Origin: Eledone cirrhosa
Taxonomy: Eukaryota
Reading direction: 5' to 3'
DNA: 64,000 nucleotides
NCBI GenBank assembly: GCA_964016885.1
Contig: OZ024749.1
Span: 12,896,001 to 12,960,000, forward strand
A program made the position numbers and the translations under genes. Every line of letters begins with the position of its first letter. Position 1 is the stretch's first letter. Under the pieces are notes generated by a model that was given only the letters and a program-made list of their open reading frames with translations, did no database searches and was not told the DNA's origin. Shown here piece after piece: positions 41,301 through 53,551 of this stretch.

Positions 41301-43755
41301 AGAATCTAGTACACTACACTACTAGACATAAACCACCACCCAGTTTAACACCCCCATGTAGTCCTCGGCAGTCTTTAATAGAATCTAAATCACTACACTG
41401 CTAGACATAAACCACCACCCAGTTTAACACCCCCATCTGGTCCTCGGCTGTCTTTAATAGAATCTAGTCCTCTACACTGCTAGACATAAACCACCACCCA
41501 GTTTAACACCCCCATCTGGACCTCGGCTGTCTTTAAAAGAATCTAGTCCTCTACACAGCTACACATAAACCACCACCCTGTTTAACACCCCCATCTGGTC
41601 CTCGGCTGTCTTTAATAGAATCTAGTCCACTACACTGCTAGACATAAACCACCACCCATTTTAACACCCACGTCTAGTCCTCGGCTGTCTTTAAAGAATC
41701 TAGTCCACTACACTGCTAGACATAAAACACCACCCAGTTTAACACCCCCATATGGTCCTCGGCTGTCTTTAATGGAATCTAGTCCACTACACTGCTAGAC
41801 ATAAACCACCACCCTGTTTAACACCCTCATCTGGTCCTCGGTTGTCTTTAATGGAATCTAGTCCACTACACTGCTAGACATAAACCACCACCCAGTTTAA
41901 CACCCCCTTCTAGTCCTCGGCTGTCTTTAATAGAATCTAGTCCATTACATTGCTAGACATAAACCACCACCCAGTTTAACACCCCCATCTAGTCCTCGGC
42001 TGTCTTTAATAGAATCTAGTCCACTACACTGCTAGACATAAACCACCACCCAGTTTAACACCCCCTTCTAGTCCTCGGCTGTCTTTAATAGAATCTAGTC
42101 CACTACACTGCTAGACATAAACCACCACCCAGTTTAACACCCTCATCAGGTCCTCGGTTGTCTTTAATGGAATCTAGTCCACTACACTGCTAGACATAAA
42201 ACACCACCCAGTTTAACACCCCCATCCGGTCCTCGGCTGTCTTTAATAGAATCTAGTCCACTACACTGCTAGACATAAACCACCACCCAGTTTAACACCC
42301 CCATCTGGTCCTCGGCTGTCTTTAATGGAATCTAGTCCACTACACTGCTAGATATAAACCACCACCCAGTTTAACACCCCCATCTGGTCCTCGGCTGTCC
42401 TTAATAGAATCTAGTCCACTACACTGCTAGACATAAACCACCACCCAGTTTAACACCCCCATCTGGTCCTCGGCTGTCTTTAAAAGAATCTAGTCCACTA
42501 CACTGCTAGATATAAACGACCACCCAGTTTAACGCCCCCATCTGGTCCTCGGCTGTCTTTAATAGAATCTAGTCCACTATACTGCTAGACATAAACCACC
42601 ACCCAGTTTAACACCCCCATCTGGTCCTCGGCTGTCTTTAATGGAATCTAGTCCACTACACTGCTAGACATAAACCACCACCCAGTTTAACACCCCCATC
42701 CGGTCCTCGGCTGTCTTTAATAGAATCTAGCCCACTACACTGCTAGACATAAACCACCACCCTGTTTAACACCCCCATCTGGTCCTCGGCTGTCTTTAAT
42801 GGAATCTAGTCCACTACACTGCTAGACATAAACCACCACCCAGTTTAACACCCCCATCCGGTCCTCGGCTGTCTTTAATAGAATCTAGTCCCCTACACTG
42901 CTAGACATAAACCACCACCCAGTTTAACACCCCCATCTAGTCCTCGGCTGTCTTTAATAGAATCTAGTCCACTACACTGCTAGACATAAACCACCACCCT
43001 GTTTAACACCCCCATCTAGTCCTCGGCTGTCTTTAATGGAATCTAGTCCACTACACTGCTAGACATAAACCACCACTCAGTTTAACACCCCCATCTAGTC
43101 CTCGGCTGTCTTTAATGGAATCTAGTCCACTACACTGCTAGACATAAACCACCACCCAGTTTAACACCCCCATCTAGTCCTCGGCTGTCTTTAATGGAAT
43201 CTAGTCCACTACACTGCTAGACATAAACCACCACCCAGTTTAACACCCCCATCTAGTCCTCGGCTGTCTTTAATGGAATCTAGTCCACTACACTGCTAGA
43301 CATAAACCACCACCCAGTTTAACACCCCCATCTAGTCCTCGGCTGTCTTTAATGGAATCTAGTCCACTACACTGCTAGACATAAACCACCACCCAGTTTA
43401 ACACCCCCATCTAGTCCTCGGCTGTCTTTAATGGAATCTAGTCCACTACACTGCTAGACATAAACCACCACCCAGTTTAACACCCCCATCTGGTCCTCGG
43501 CTGTCTTTAATGGAATCTAGTCCACTACACTGCTAGACATAAACCACCACCCAGTTTAACACCCCCATCTGGTCCTCGGCTGTCTTTAATGGAATCTAGT
43601 CCACTACACTGCTAGACATAAACCACCACCCAGTTTAACACCCCCATCTGGTCCTCGGCTGTCTTTAACAGAATCTAGTACACTACACTACTAGACATAA
43701 ACCACCACCCAGTTTAACACCCCCATGTAGTCCTCGGCAGTCTTTAATAGAATCT
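37438..43755. repeat. Tandem duplication of a 40-monomer block (period 3159 bp), overlapping the 39-mer duplication
   Basis: CTAAATCAC 38228/41387, GGACCTC 38361/41520, TTAAAGAAT deletion ~38535/41694, CCATTACATTG 38783/41942, GTCCCCTAC 39731/42890. 3159 = 40x79-1. Confidence 0.92.
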
Positions 43756-46700
43756 AGTCCACTACACTGCTAGACATAAACCATCACCCAGTTTAACACC
43801 CCCATCTGGTCCTCGGCTGTCTTTAATAGAATCTAGTCCTCTACACTGCTAGACATAAACCACCACCCAGTTTAACACCCCCATCTGGACCTCGGCTGTC
43901 TTTAAAAGAATCTAGTCCACTACACAGCTACACATAAACCACCACCCTGTTTAACACCCCCATCTGGTCCTCGGCTGTCTTTAATAGAATCTAGTCCACT
44001 ACACTGCTAGACATAAACCACCACCCATTTTAACACCCCCGTCTAGTCCTCGGCTGTCTTTAATAGAATCTAGTCCACTACACTGCTAGACATAAAACAC
44101 CACCCAGTTTAACACCCCCATATGGTCCTCGGCTGTCTTTAATGGAATCTAGTCCACTACACTGCTAGACATAAACCACCACCCTGTTTAACACCCTCAT
44201 CTGGTCCTCGGTTGTCTTTAATGGAATCTAGTCCACTACACTGCTAGACATAAACCACCACCCAGTTTAACACCCCCTTCTAGTCCTCGGCTGTCTTTAA
44301 TAGAATCTAGTCCATTACATTGCTAGACATAAACCACCACCCAGTTTAACACCCCCATCTAGTCCTCGGCTGTCTTTAATAGAATCTAGGCCACTACACT
44401 GCTAGACATAAAACACCACCCAGTTTAACACCCCCATCTGGTCCTTGGCTGTCTTTAATGGAATCTAGTCCACTACACTGCTAGACATAAACCACCACCA
44501 AGTTTAACACCCTCATCTGGTCCTCGGTTGTCTTTAATGGAATCTAGTCCACTACACTGCTAGACATAAACCACCACCCAGTTTAACACCCCCTTCTAGT
44601 CCTCGGCTGTCTTTAATAGAATCTAGTCCACTACACTGCTAGACATAAACCACCACCCAGTTTAACACCCCCATCCGGTCCTCGGCTGTCTTTAATAGAA
44701 TCTAGTCCACTACACTGCTAGACATAAAACACCACCCAGTTTAACACCCCCATCTGGTCCTCGGCTGTCTTTAATGGAATCTAGTCCACTACACTGCTAG
44801 ACATAAACGACCACCCAGTTTAACACCCCCATCCGGTCCTCGGCTGTCTTTAATAGAATCTAGTCCACTACACTGCTAGACATAAACCACCACCCAGTTT
44901 AACACCCCCATCTGGTCCTCGGCTGTCTTTAATGGAATCTAGTCCACTACACTGCTAGATATAAACCACCACCCAGTTTAACACCCCCATCTGGTCCTCG
45001 GCTGTCCTTAATAGAATCTAGTCCACTACACTGCTAGACATAAACCACCACCCAGTTTAACACCCCCATCTGGTCCTCGGCTGTCTTTAAAAGAATCTAG
45101 TCCACTACACTGCTAGATATAAACGACCACCCAGTTTAACACCCCCATCTGGTCCTCGGCTGTCTTTAATAGAATCTAGTCCACTATACTGCTAGACATA
45201 AACCACCACCCAGTTTAACACCCCCATCTGGTCCTCGGCTGTCTTTAATGGAATCTAGTCCACTACACTGCTAGACATAAACCACCACCCAGTTTAACAT
45301 CACCATCCGGTCCTCGGCTGTCTTTAATAGAATCTAGCCCACTACACTGCTAGACATAAACCACCACCCAGTTTAACACCCCCATCTGGTCCTCGGCTGT
45401 CTTTAATGGAATCTAGTCCACTACACTGCTAGACATAAACCACCACCCAGTTTAACACCCCTATCCGGTCCTCGGCTGTCTTTAATAGAATCTAGTCCAC
45501 TACACTGCTAGACATAAACCACCACCCAGTTTAACACCCCCATCTGGTCCTCGGCTGTCTTTAATAGAATCTAGTCCACTACACTACTGGACATAAACCA
45601 CCACCCAGTTTAACATCACCATCTGGTCCTCGGCTGTCTTTAATGGAATCTAGTCCACTACACTGCTAGACATAAACCACCACCCTGTTTAACACCCCCA
45701 TCTGGTCCTCGGCTGTCTTTAATAGAATCTAGTCCACTACACTGCTAGACATAAACCACCACCCTGTTTAACACCCCCATCTCGTCGTCGGCTGTCTTTA
45801 ATAGAGTCTAGTCCACTACACTGCTAGACACAAACCACCACCCAGTTTAACACCCCCATCTGGTCCTCGGCTGTCTTTAATAGAATCTAGTCCACTATAC
45901 TGCTAGACACAAACCACCACCCAGTTTAACACCCCCATCCGGTCCTCGGCTGTCTTTAATAGAATCTAGTCCGCTACACTGCTAGACACAGACCACCACC
46001 CAGTTTAACACCCCCATCTAGTCCTCGGCTGTCTTTAATAGAATCTAGTCCACTACACTGCTAGACATAAACCACCACCCAGTTTAACACCCCCATCTGG
46101 TCCTCGGCTGTCTTTAATAGAATCTAGTCCACTACACTGCTAGACACAAACCACCACCCAGTTTAACACCCCCATCTAGTCCTCGGCTGTCTTGAATAGA
46201 ATCTAGTCCACTACACTGCTAGACATAAACCACCACCCAGTTTAACACCCCCATCCGGTCCTGGGCTGTCTTTAATAGAATCTAGTCCACTACACTGCTA
46301 GACATAAACCACCACCGAGTTTAAAACACCCATCCGGTCCTCGGCTGTCTTTAATAAAATCTAGTCCACTACACTGCTATACATAAACCACCACCCTGTT
46401 TAACACCCCCATCCGGTCCTCGGCTGTCTTTAATAGAATCTAGTCCACTACACTGCTAGACATAAACCACCACCGAGTTTAACACACCCATCCGGTCCTC
46501 GGCTGTCTTTAATAGAATCTAGTCCACTACACTGCTAGACATAAACCACCACCCAGTTTAACACCCCCATCCGGTCCTCGGCTGTCTTTAATAGAATCTA
46601 GTCCACTACACTGCTAGACACAGACCACCACCCAGTTTAACATCACCATCCGGTCCTCGGCTGTCTTTAATAGAATCTAGTCCACTACACTGCTAGACAT

Positions 46701-49700
46701 AAACCACCACCCAGTTTAACACCCCCATCTGGTCCTCGGCTGTCTTTAATAGAATCTAGTCCACTACACTGCTAGACACAAACCACCACCCAGTTTAACA
46801 CCCCCATCTAGTCCTCGGCTGTCTTGAATAGAATCTAGTCCACTACACTGCTAGACATAAACCACCACCCAGTTTAACACCCCCATCCGGTCCTGGGCTG
46901 TCTTTAATAGAATCTAGTCCACTACGCTGCTAGACATAAACCACCACCGAGTTTAACACACCCATCCGGTCCTCGGCTGTCTTTAATAGAATCTAGTCCA
47001 CTACACTGCTATACATAAACCACCACCCTGTTTAACACCCCCATCCGGTCCTCGGCTGTCTTCAATAGAATCTAGTCCACTACACTGCTAGACATAAACC
47101 ACCACCCAGTTTAACACCCCCATCTAGTCCTCGGCTGTCTTCAATAGAATCTAGTCCACTACACTGCTAGACATAAACCACCACCCAGTTTAACACCCCC
47201 ATCTGGTCCTCGGCTGTCTTTAATAGAATCTAGTCCACTACACTGCTAGACATAAACCACCACCCAGTTTAACATCACCATCCGGTCCTCGGCTGTCTTT
47301 AATAGAATCTAGTCCACTACACTGCTAGACATAAACCACCACCCAGTTTAACACCCCCATCTGGTCCTCGGCTGTCTTTAATAGAATCTAGTCCACTACA
47401 CTGCTAGACATAAACCACCACCCAGTTTAACACCCCCATCTAGTCCTCGGCTGTCTTTAATAGAATCTAGTCCACTACACTGCTAGACATAAACCACCAC
47501 CCAGTTTAACACCCCTATCTGGTCCTCGGCTGTCTTTAATAGAATCTAGTCCACTACACTGCTAGACACAAACCACCACCCAGTTTAACACCCCCATCTG
47601 GTCCTCGGCTGTCTTTAATAGAATCTAGTCCACTACACTGCTAGACATAAACCACCACCCAGTTTAACACCCCCATCTGGTCCTCGGCTGTCTTCAATAG
47701 AATCTAGTCCACTACACTGCTAGACATAAACCACCACCCAGTTTAACACCCCCATCCGGTACTCGGCTGTGTTTAATAGAATCTAGTCCACTACACTGCT
47801 AGACATAAACCACCACCCAGTTTAACACCCCCATCTAGTCCTCGGCTGTCTTAAATAGAATCTAGTCCACTACACTGCTCGACATAAACCACCACCCAGT
47901 TTAACATCACCATCTAGTCCTCGGCTGTCTTTAATGGAATCTAGTCCACTACACTGCTAGACATAAACCACCACCCAGTTTAACACCCCCATCTGGTCCT
48001 CGGCTGTCTTTAATGGAATCTAGTCCACTACACTGCTAGACATAAACCACCACCCAGTTTAACACCCCCATCTGGTCCTCGGCTGTCTTTAATGGAATCT
48101 AGTACACTACACTACTAGACATAAACCACCACCCAGTTTAACACCCCCATGTAGTCCTCGGCAGTCTTTAATAGAATCTAGTCCACTACACTGCTAGACA
48201 TAAACCACCACCCAGTTTAACACCCCCATCTGGTCCTCGGCTGTCTTTAATAGAATCTAGTCCTCTACACTGCTAGACATAAACCACCACCCAGTTTAAC
48301 ACCCCCATCTGGACCTCGGCTGTCTTTAAAAGAATCTAGTCCACTACACTGCTACACATAAACCACCACCCTGTTTAATACCCCCATCTGGTCCTCGGCT
48401 GTCTTTAATAGAATCTAGTCCACTACACTGCTAGACATAAACCACCACCCATTTTAACACCCCCATCTAGTCCTCGGCTGTCTTTAATAGAATCTAGTCC
48501 ACTACAATGCTAGACATAAAACACCACCCAGTTTAACACCCCCATATGGTCCTCGGCTGTCTTTAATGGAATCTAGTCCACTACACTGCTAGACATAAAC
48601 CACCACCCTGTTTAACACCCCCATCTGGTCCTCAGCTGTCTTTAATAGAATCTAGTCCATTACATTGCTAGACATAAACCACCACCCAGTTTAACACCCC
48701 CATCTAGTCCTCGGCTGTCTTTAATAGAATCTAGTCCACTACACTGCTAGACATAAAACACCACCCAGTTTAACACCCCCATCTGGTCCTTGGCTGTCTT
48801 TAATGGAATCTAGTCCACTACACTGCTAGACATAAACCACCACCCAGTTTAACGCCCTCATCTGGTCCTCGGTTGTCTTTAATGGAATCTAGTCCACTAC
48901 ACTGCTAGACATAAACCACCACCCAGTTTAACACCCCCATCTAGTCCTCGGCTGTCTTTAATAGAATCTAGTCCACTACACTGCTAGACAAAAACCACCA
49001 CCCAGTTTAACACCCCCATCCGGTCCTCGGCTGTCTTTAATAGAATCTAGTCCACTACACTGCTAGACATAAAACACCACCCAGTTTAACACCCCCATCC
49101 GGTCCTCGGCTGTCTTTAATAGAATCTAGTCCACTACACTGCTAGACATAAACCACCACCCAGTTTAACACCCCCATCTGGTCCGCGGCTGTCTTTAATG
49201 GAATCTAGTCCACTACACTGCTAGACATAAACCACCACCCAGTTTAACACCCCCATCTGGTCCTCGGCTGTCTTTAATAGAATCTAGTCCACTACAATGC
49301 TAGATATAAACCACCACCCAGTTTAACACCCCCATCTGGAACTCGGCTGTCTATAATAGAATCTAGTCCACTACACTGCTAGACATAAACCACCACCCAG
49401 TTTAACACCCCCATCTGGTCCTCGGCTGTCTTTAAAAGAATCTAGTCCACTACACTGCTAGATATAAACGACCACCCAGTTTAACACCCCCATCTGGTCC
49501 TCGGCTGTCTTTAATGGAATCTAGTCCACTACACTGCTAGACATAAACCACCACCCAGTTTAACACCCCCATCCGGTCCTCGGCTGTCTTTAATAGAATA
49601 TAGCCCACTACACTGCTAGACATAAACCACCACCCAGTTTAACACCCCCATCTGGTCCTCAGCTGTCTTTAATGGAATCTAGTCCACTACACTGCTAGAC

Positions 49701-50470
49701 ATAAACCACCACCCAGTTTAACACCCCCATCCGGTCCTCGGCTGTCTTTAATAGAATCTAGTCCACTACACTGCTAGACATAAACCACCACCCAGTTTAA
49801 CACACCCATCTGGTCCTCGGCTGTCTTTAATAGAATCTAGTCCACTACACTGCTAGACATAAAACACCACCCAGTTTAACATCACCATCTGGTCCTCGGC
49901 TGTCTTTAATGGAATCTAGTCCACTACACTGCTAGACATAAACCACCACCCAGTTTAACACCCCCATCTGGTCCTCAGCTGTCTTTAATGGAATCTAGTC
50001 CACTACACTGCTAGACATAAACCACCACCCAGTTTAACACCCCCATCCGGTCCTCGGCTGTCTTTAATAGAATCTAGTCCACTACACTGCTAGACATAAA
50101 CCACCACCCAGTTTAACACACCCATCTGGTCCTCGGCTGTCTTTAATAGAATCTAGTCCACTACACTGCTAGACATAAAACACCACCCAGTTTAACATCA
50201 CCATCTGGTTTTCGGCTGTCTTTAATGGAATCTAGTCCACTACACTGCTAGACATAAACCACCACCCTGTTTAACACCCCCATCTGGTCCTCGGCTGTCT
50301 TTAATAGAATCTAGTCCACTACACTGCTAGACATAAACCACCACCCTGTTTAACACCCCCATCTCGTCGTCGGCTGTCTTTAATAGAGTCTAGTCCACTA
50401 CACTGCTAGACACAAACCACCACCCAGTTTAACACCCCCATCTAGTCCTCGGCTGTCTTTAATAGAATCT
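43600..50470. repeat. Older, more diverged duplication with a 56-58 monomer offset (about 43.6-45.9 kb vs 48.0-50.5 kb)
   Basis: GGACCTC 43889/48313 (4424 = 56x79) and CTCGTCGTCGG...AGAGTCT 45781/50363 (4582 = 58x79). The same marker order lies between them, with many private differences. Confidence 0.75.
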
Positions 50471-53400
50471 AGTCCACTACACTGCTGGACACAAACCACC
50501 ACCCAGTTTAACACCCCCATCTAGTCCTCGGCTGTCTTTAATAGAATCTAGTCCACTACACTGCTAGACATAAACCACTACCCAGTTTAACACCCCCATC
50601 TGGTCCTCGGCTGTCTTTAATAGAATCTAGTCCACTACACTGCTAGACACAAACCACCACCCTGTTTAACACCCCCATCTGGTCCTCGGCTGTCTTTAAT
50701 AGAATCTAGTCCACTACACTGCTAGACATAAACCACCACCCAGTTTAACACCCCCATCTGGTCCTCGGCTGTCTTTAATAGAATCTAGTCCACTACACTG
50801 CTAGACATAAACCACCACCCAGTTTAACACCCCCATCTGGTCCTCGGCTGTCTTTAATAGAATCTAGTCCACTACACTGCTAGACATAAACCACCACCCA
50901 GTTTATCACCCCCATCCGGTCCTGGGCTGTCTTTAATAGAATCTAGTCCACTACACTGCTAGACACAAACCACCACCCAGTTTAACACCCCCATCTAGTC
51001 CTCGGCTGTCTTTAATAGAATCTAGTCCACTACACTGCTAGACATAAACCACTACCCAGTTTAACACCCCCATCTGGTCCTCGGCTGTCTTTAATAGAAT
51101 CTAGTTCACTACACTGCTAGACATAAACCACCACCGAGTTTAACACACCCATCTGGTCCTCGGCTGTCTTTAATAGAATCTAGTCCACTACACTGCTAGA
51201 CATAAACCACCACCCAGTTTAACACCCCCATCTGGTTCTCGGCTGTCTTTAATAGAATCTAGTTCACTACACTGCTAGACATAAACCACCACCGAGTTTA
51301 ACACACCCATCTGGTCCTCGGCTGTCTTTAATAGAATCTAGTCCACTACACTGCTAGACATAAACCACCACCCAGTTTAACACCCCCATCTAGTCCTCGG
51401 CTGTCTTTAATAGAATCTAGTCCACTACACTGCTAGACATAAACCACCACCCAGTTTAACACCCCCATCTAGTCCTCGGCTGTCTTTAATAGAATCTAGT
51501 CCACTACACTGCTAGACATAAACCACCACCCAGTTTAACACCACCATCTGGTCCTCGGCTGTCTTTAATAGAATCTAGTCCACTACACTGCTAGACATAA
51601 ACCACCACCCAGTTTAACACCCCCATCTGGTCCTCGGCTGTCTTTAATAGAATCTAGTCCACTACACTGCTAGACATAAACCACCACCCAGTTTAACACC
51701 CCCATCCGGTCCTCGGCTGTCTTTAATAGAATCTAGTCAACTACACTGCTAGACATAAACCACCACCCAGTTTAACACCCCCATCCGGTCCTCGGCTGTC
51801 TTTAATAGAATCTAGTCCACTACACTGCTAGACATAAACCACCACCCAGTTTAACACCCCCATCTGGTCCTCGGCTGTCTTTAATAGAATCTAGTCCACT
51901 ACACTGCAAGACATAAACCACCACCCTGTATAACACCCCCATCTGGTCCTCGGCTGTCTTTAATAGAATCTAGTCCACTACACTGCTAGACATAAACAAC
52001 CACCCAGTTTAACACCCCCATCAGGTCCTCGGCTGTCTTTAATAGAATCTAGTCCACTACACTGCTAGACATAAACCACCACACAGTTTAACATCACCAT
52101 CCGGTCCTCGGCTGTCTTTAATAGAATCAAGTCCACTACACTGCTAGACATAAACCACCACCCAGTTTAACACCCCCATCTGGTCCTCGGCTGTCTTTAA
52201 TAGAATCTAGTCCACTACACTGCTAGACATAAACCACCACCCAGTTTAACATCACCATCCGGTCCTCGGCTGTCTTTAATAGAATCTAGTCCACTACACT
52301 GCTAGACATAAACCACCACCCAGTTTAAAACCCCCATCTGGTCCTCGGCTATCTTTAATAGAATCTAGTCCACTACACTGCTAGACATAAACCACTACCC
52401 AGTTTAACACCCCCATCAGGTCCTTGGCTGTCTTTAATAGAATCTAGTCTACTACACTGCTAGACATAAACCACCACCCAGTTTAAGACCCCCATCTGGT
52501 CCTCGGCTGTCTTTAATAGAATGTAGTCCACTACACTGCTAGACATAAACCACCACCCAGTTTAACACCACCATCTGGTCCTCGGCTGTCTTTAATAGAA
52601 TCTAGTCCACTACACTGCTAGACATAAACCACCACCCAGTTTAACATCACCATCCGGTCCTCGGCTGTCTTTAATAGAATCTAGTCCACTACACTGCTAG
52701 ACATAAACCACCACCCAGTTTAACACCCCCATCTGGTCCTCGGCTGTCTTTAATAGAATCTAGTCCACTACACTGCTAGACATAAACCACCACCCAGTTT
52801 AACACCCCCATCTGGTCCTCGGCTGTCTTTAATAGAATCTAGTCCACTACACTGCTAGACATAAACCACCACCCAGTTTAACACCCCCATCTAGTCCTCG
52901 GCTGTCTTTAATAGAATCTAGTCCACTACACTGCTAGACATAAAACACCACCCAGTTTAACACCCCCATCCGGTCCTCGGCTGTCTTTAATAGAATCTAG
53001 TCAACTACACTGCTAGACATAAACCACCACCCAGTTTAACACCCCCATCCGGTCCTCGGCTGTCTTTAATAGAATCTAGTCCACTACACTGCTAGACATA
53101 AACCACCACCCAGTTTAACACCCCCTTCTGGTCCTCGGCTGTCTTTAATAGAATCTAGTCCACCACACTGCAAGACATAAACCACCACCCTGTATAACAC
53201 CCCCATCTGGTCCTCGGCTGTCTTTAATAGAATCTAGTCCACTACACTGCTAGACATAAACCACCACCCAGTTTAACACCCCCAACATGTCCTCGGCTGT
53301 CTTTAATAGAATCTAGTCCACTACACTGCTAGACATAAACCACCACCCAGTTTAACATCACCATCCGGTCCTCGGCTGTCTTTAATATAATCTAGTCCAC

Positions 53401-53551
53401 TACACTGCTAGACATAAACCACCACCCAGTTTAACACCCCAATCTGGTCCTCGGCTGTCTTTAATAGAATCTAGTCCACTACACTGCTAGACATAAACCA
53501 CCACCCAGTTTAACACCACCATCTGGTCCTCGGCTGTCTTTAATAGAATCT

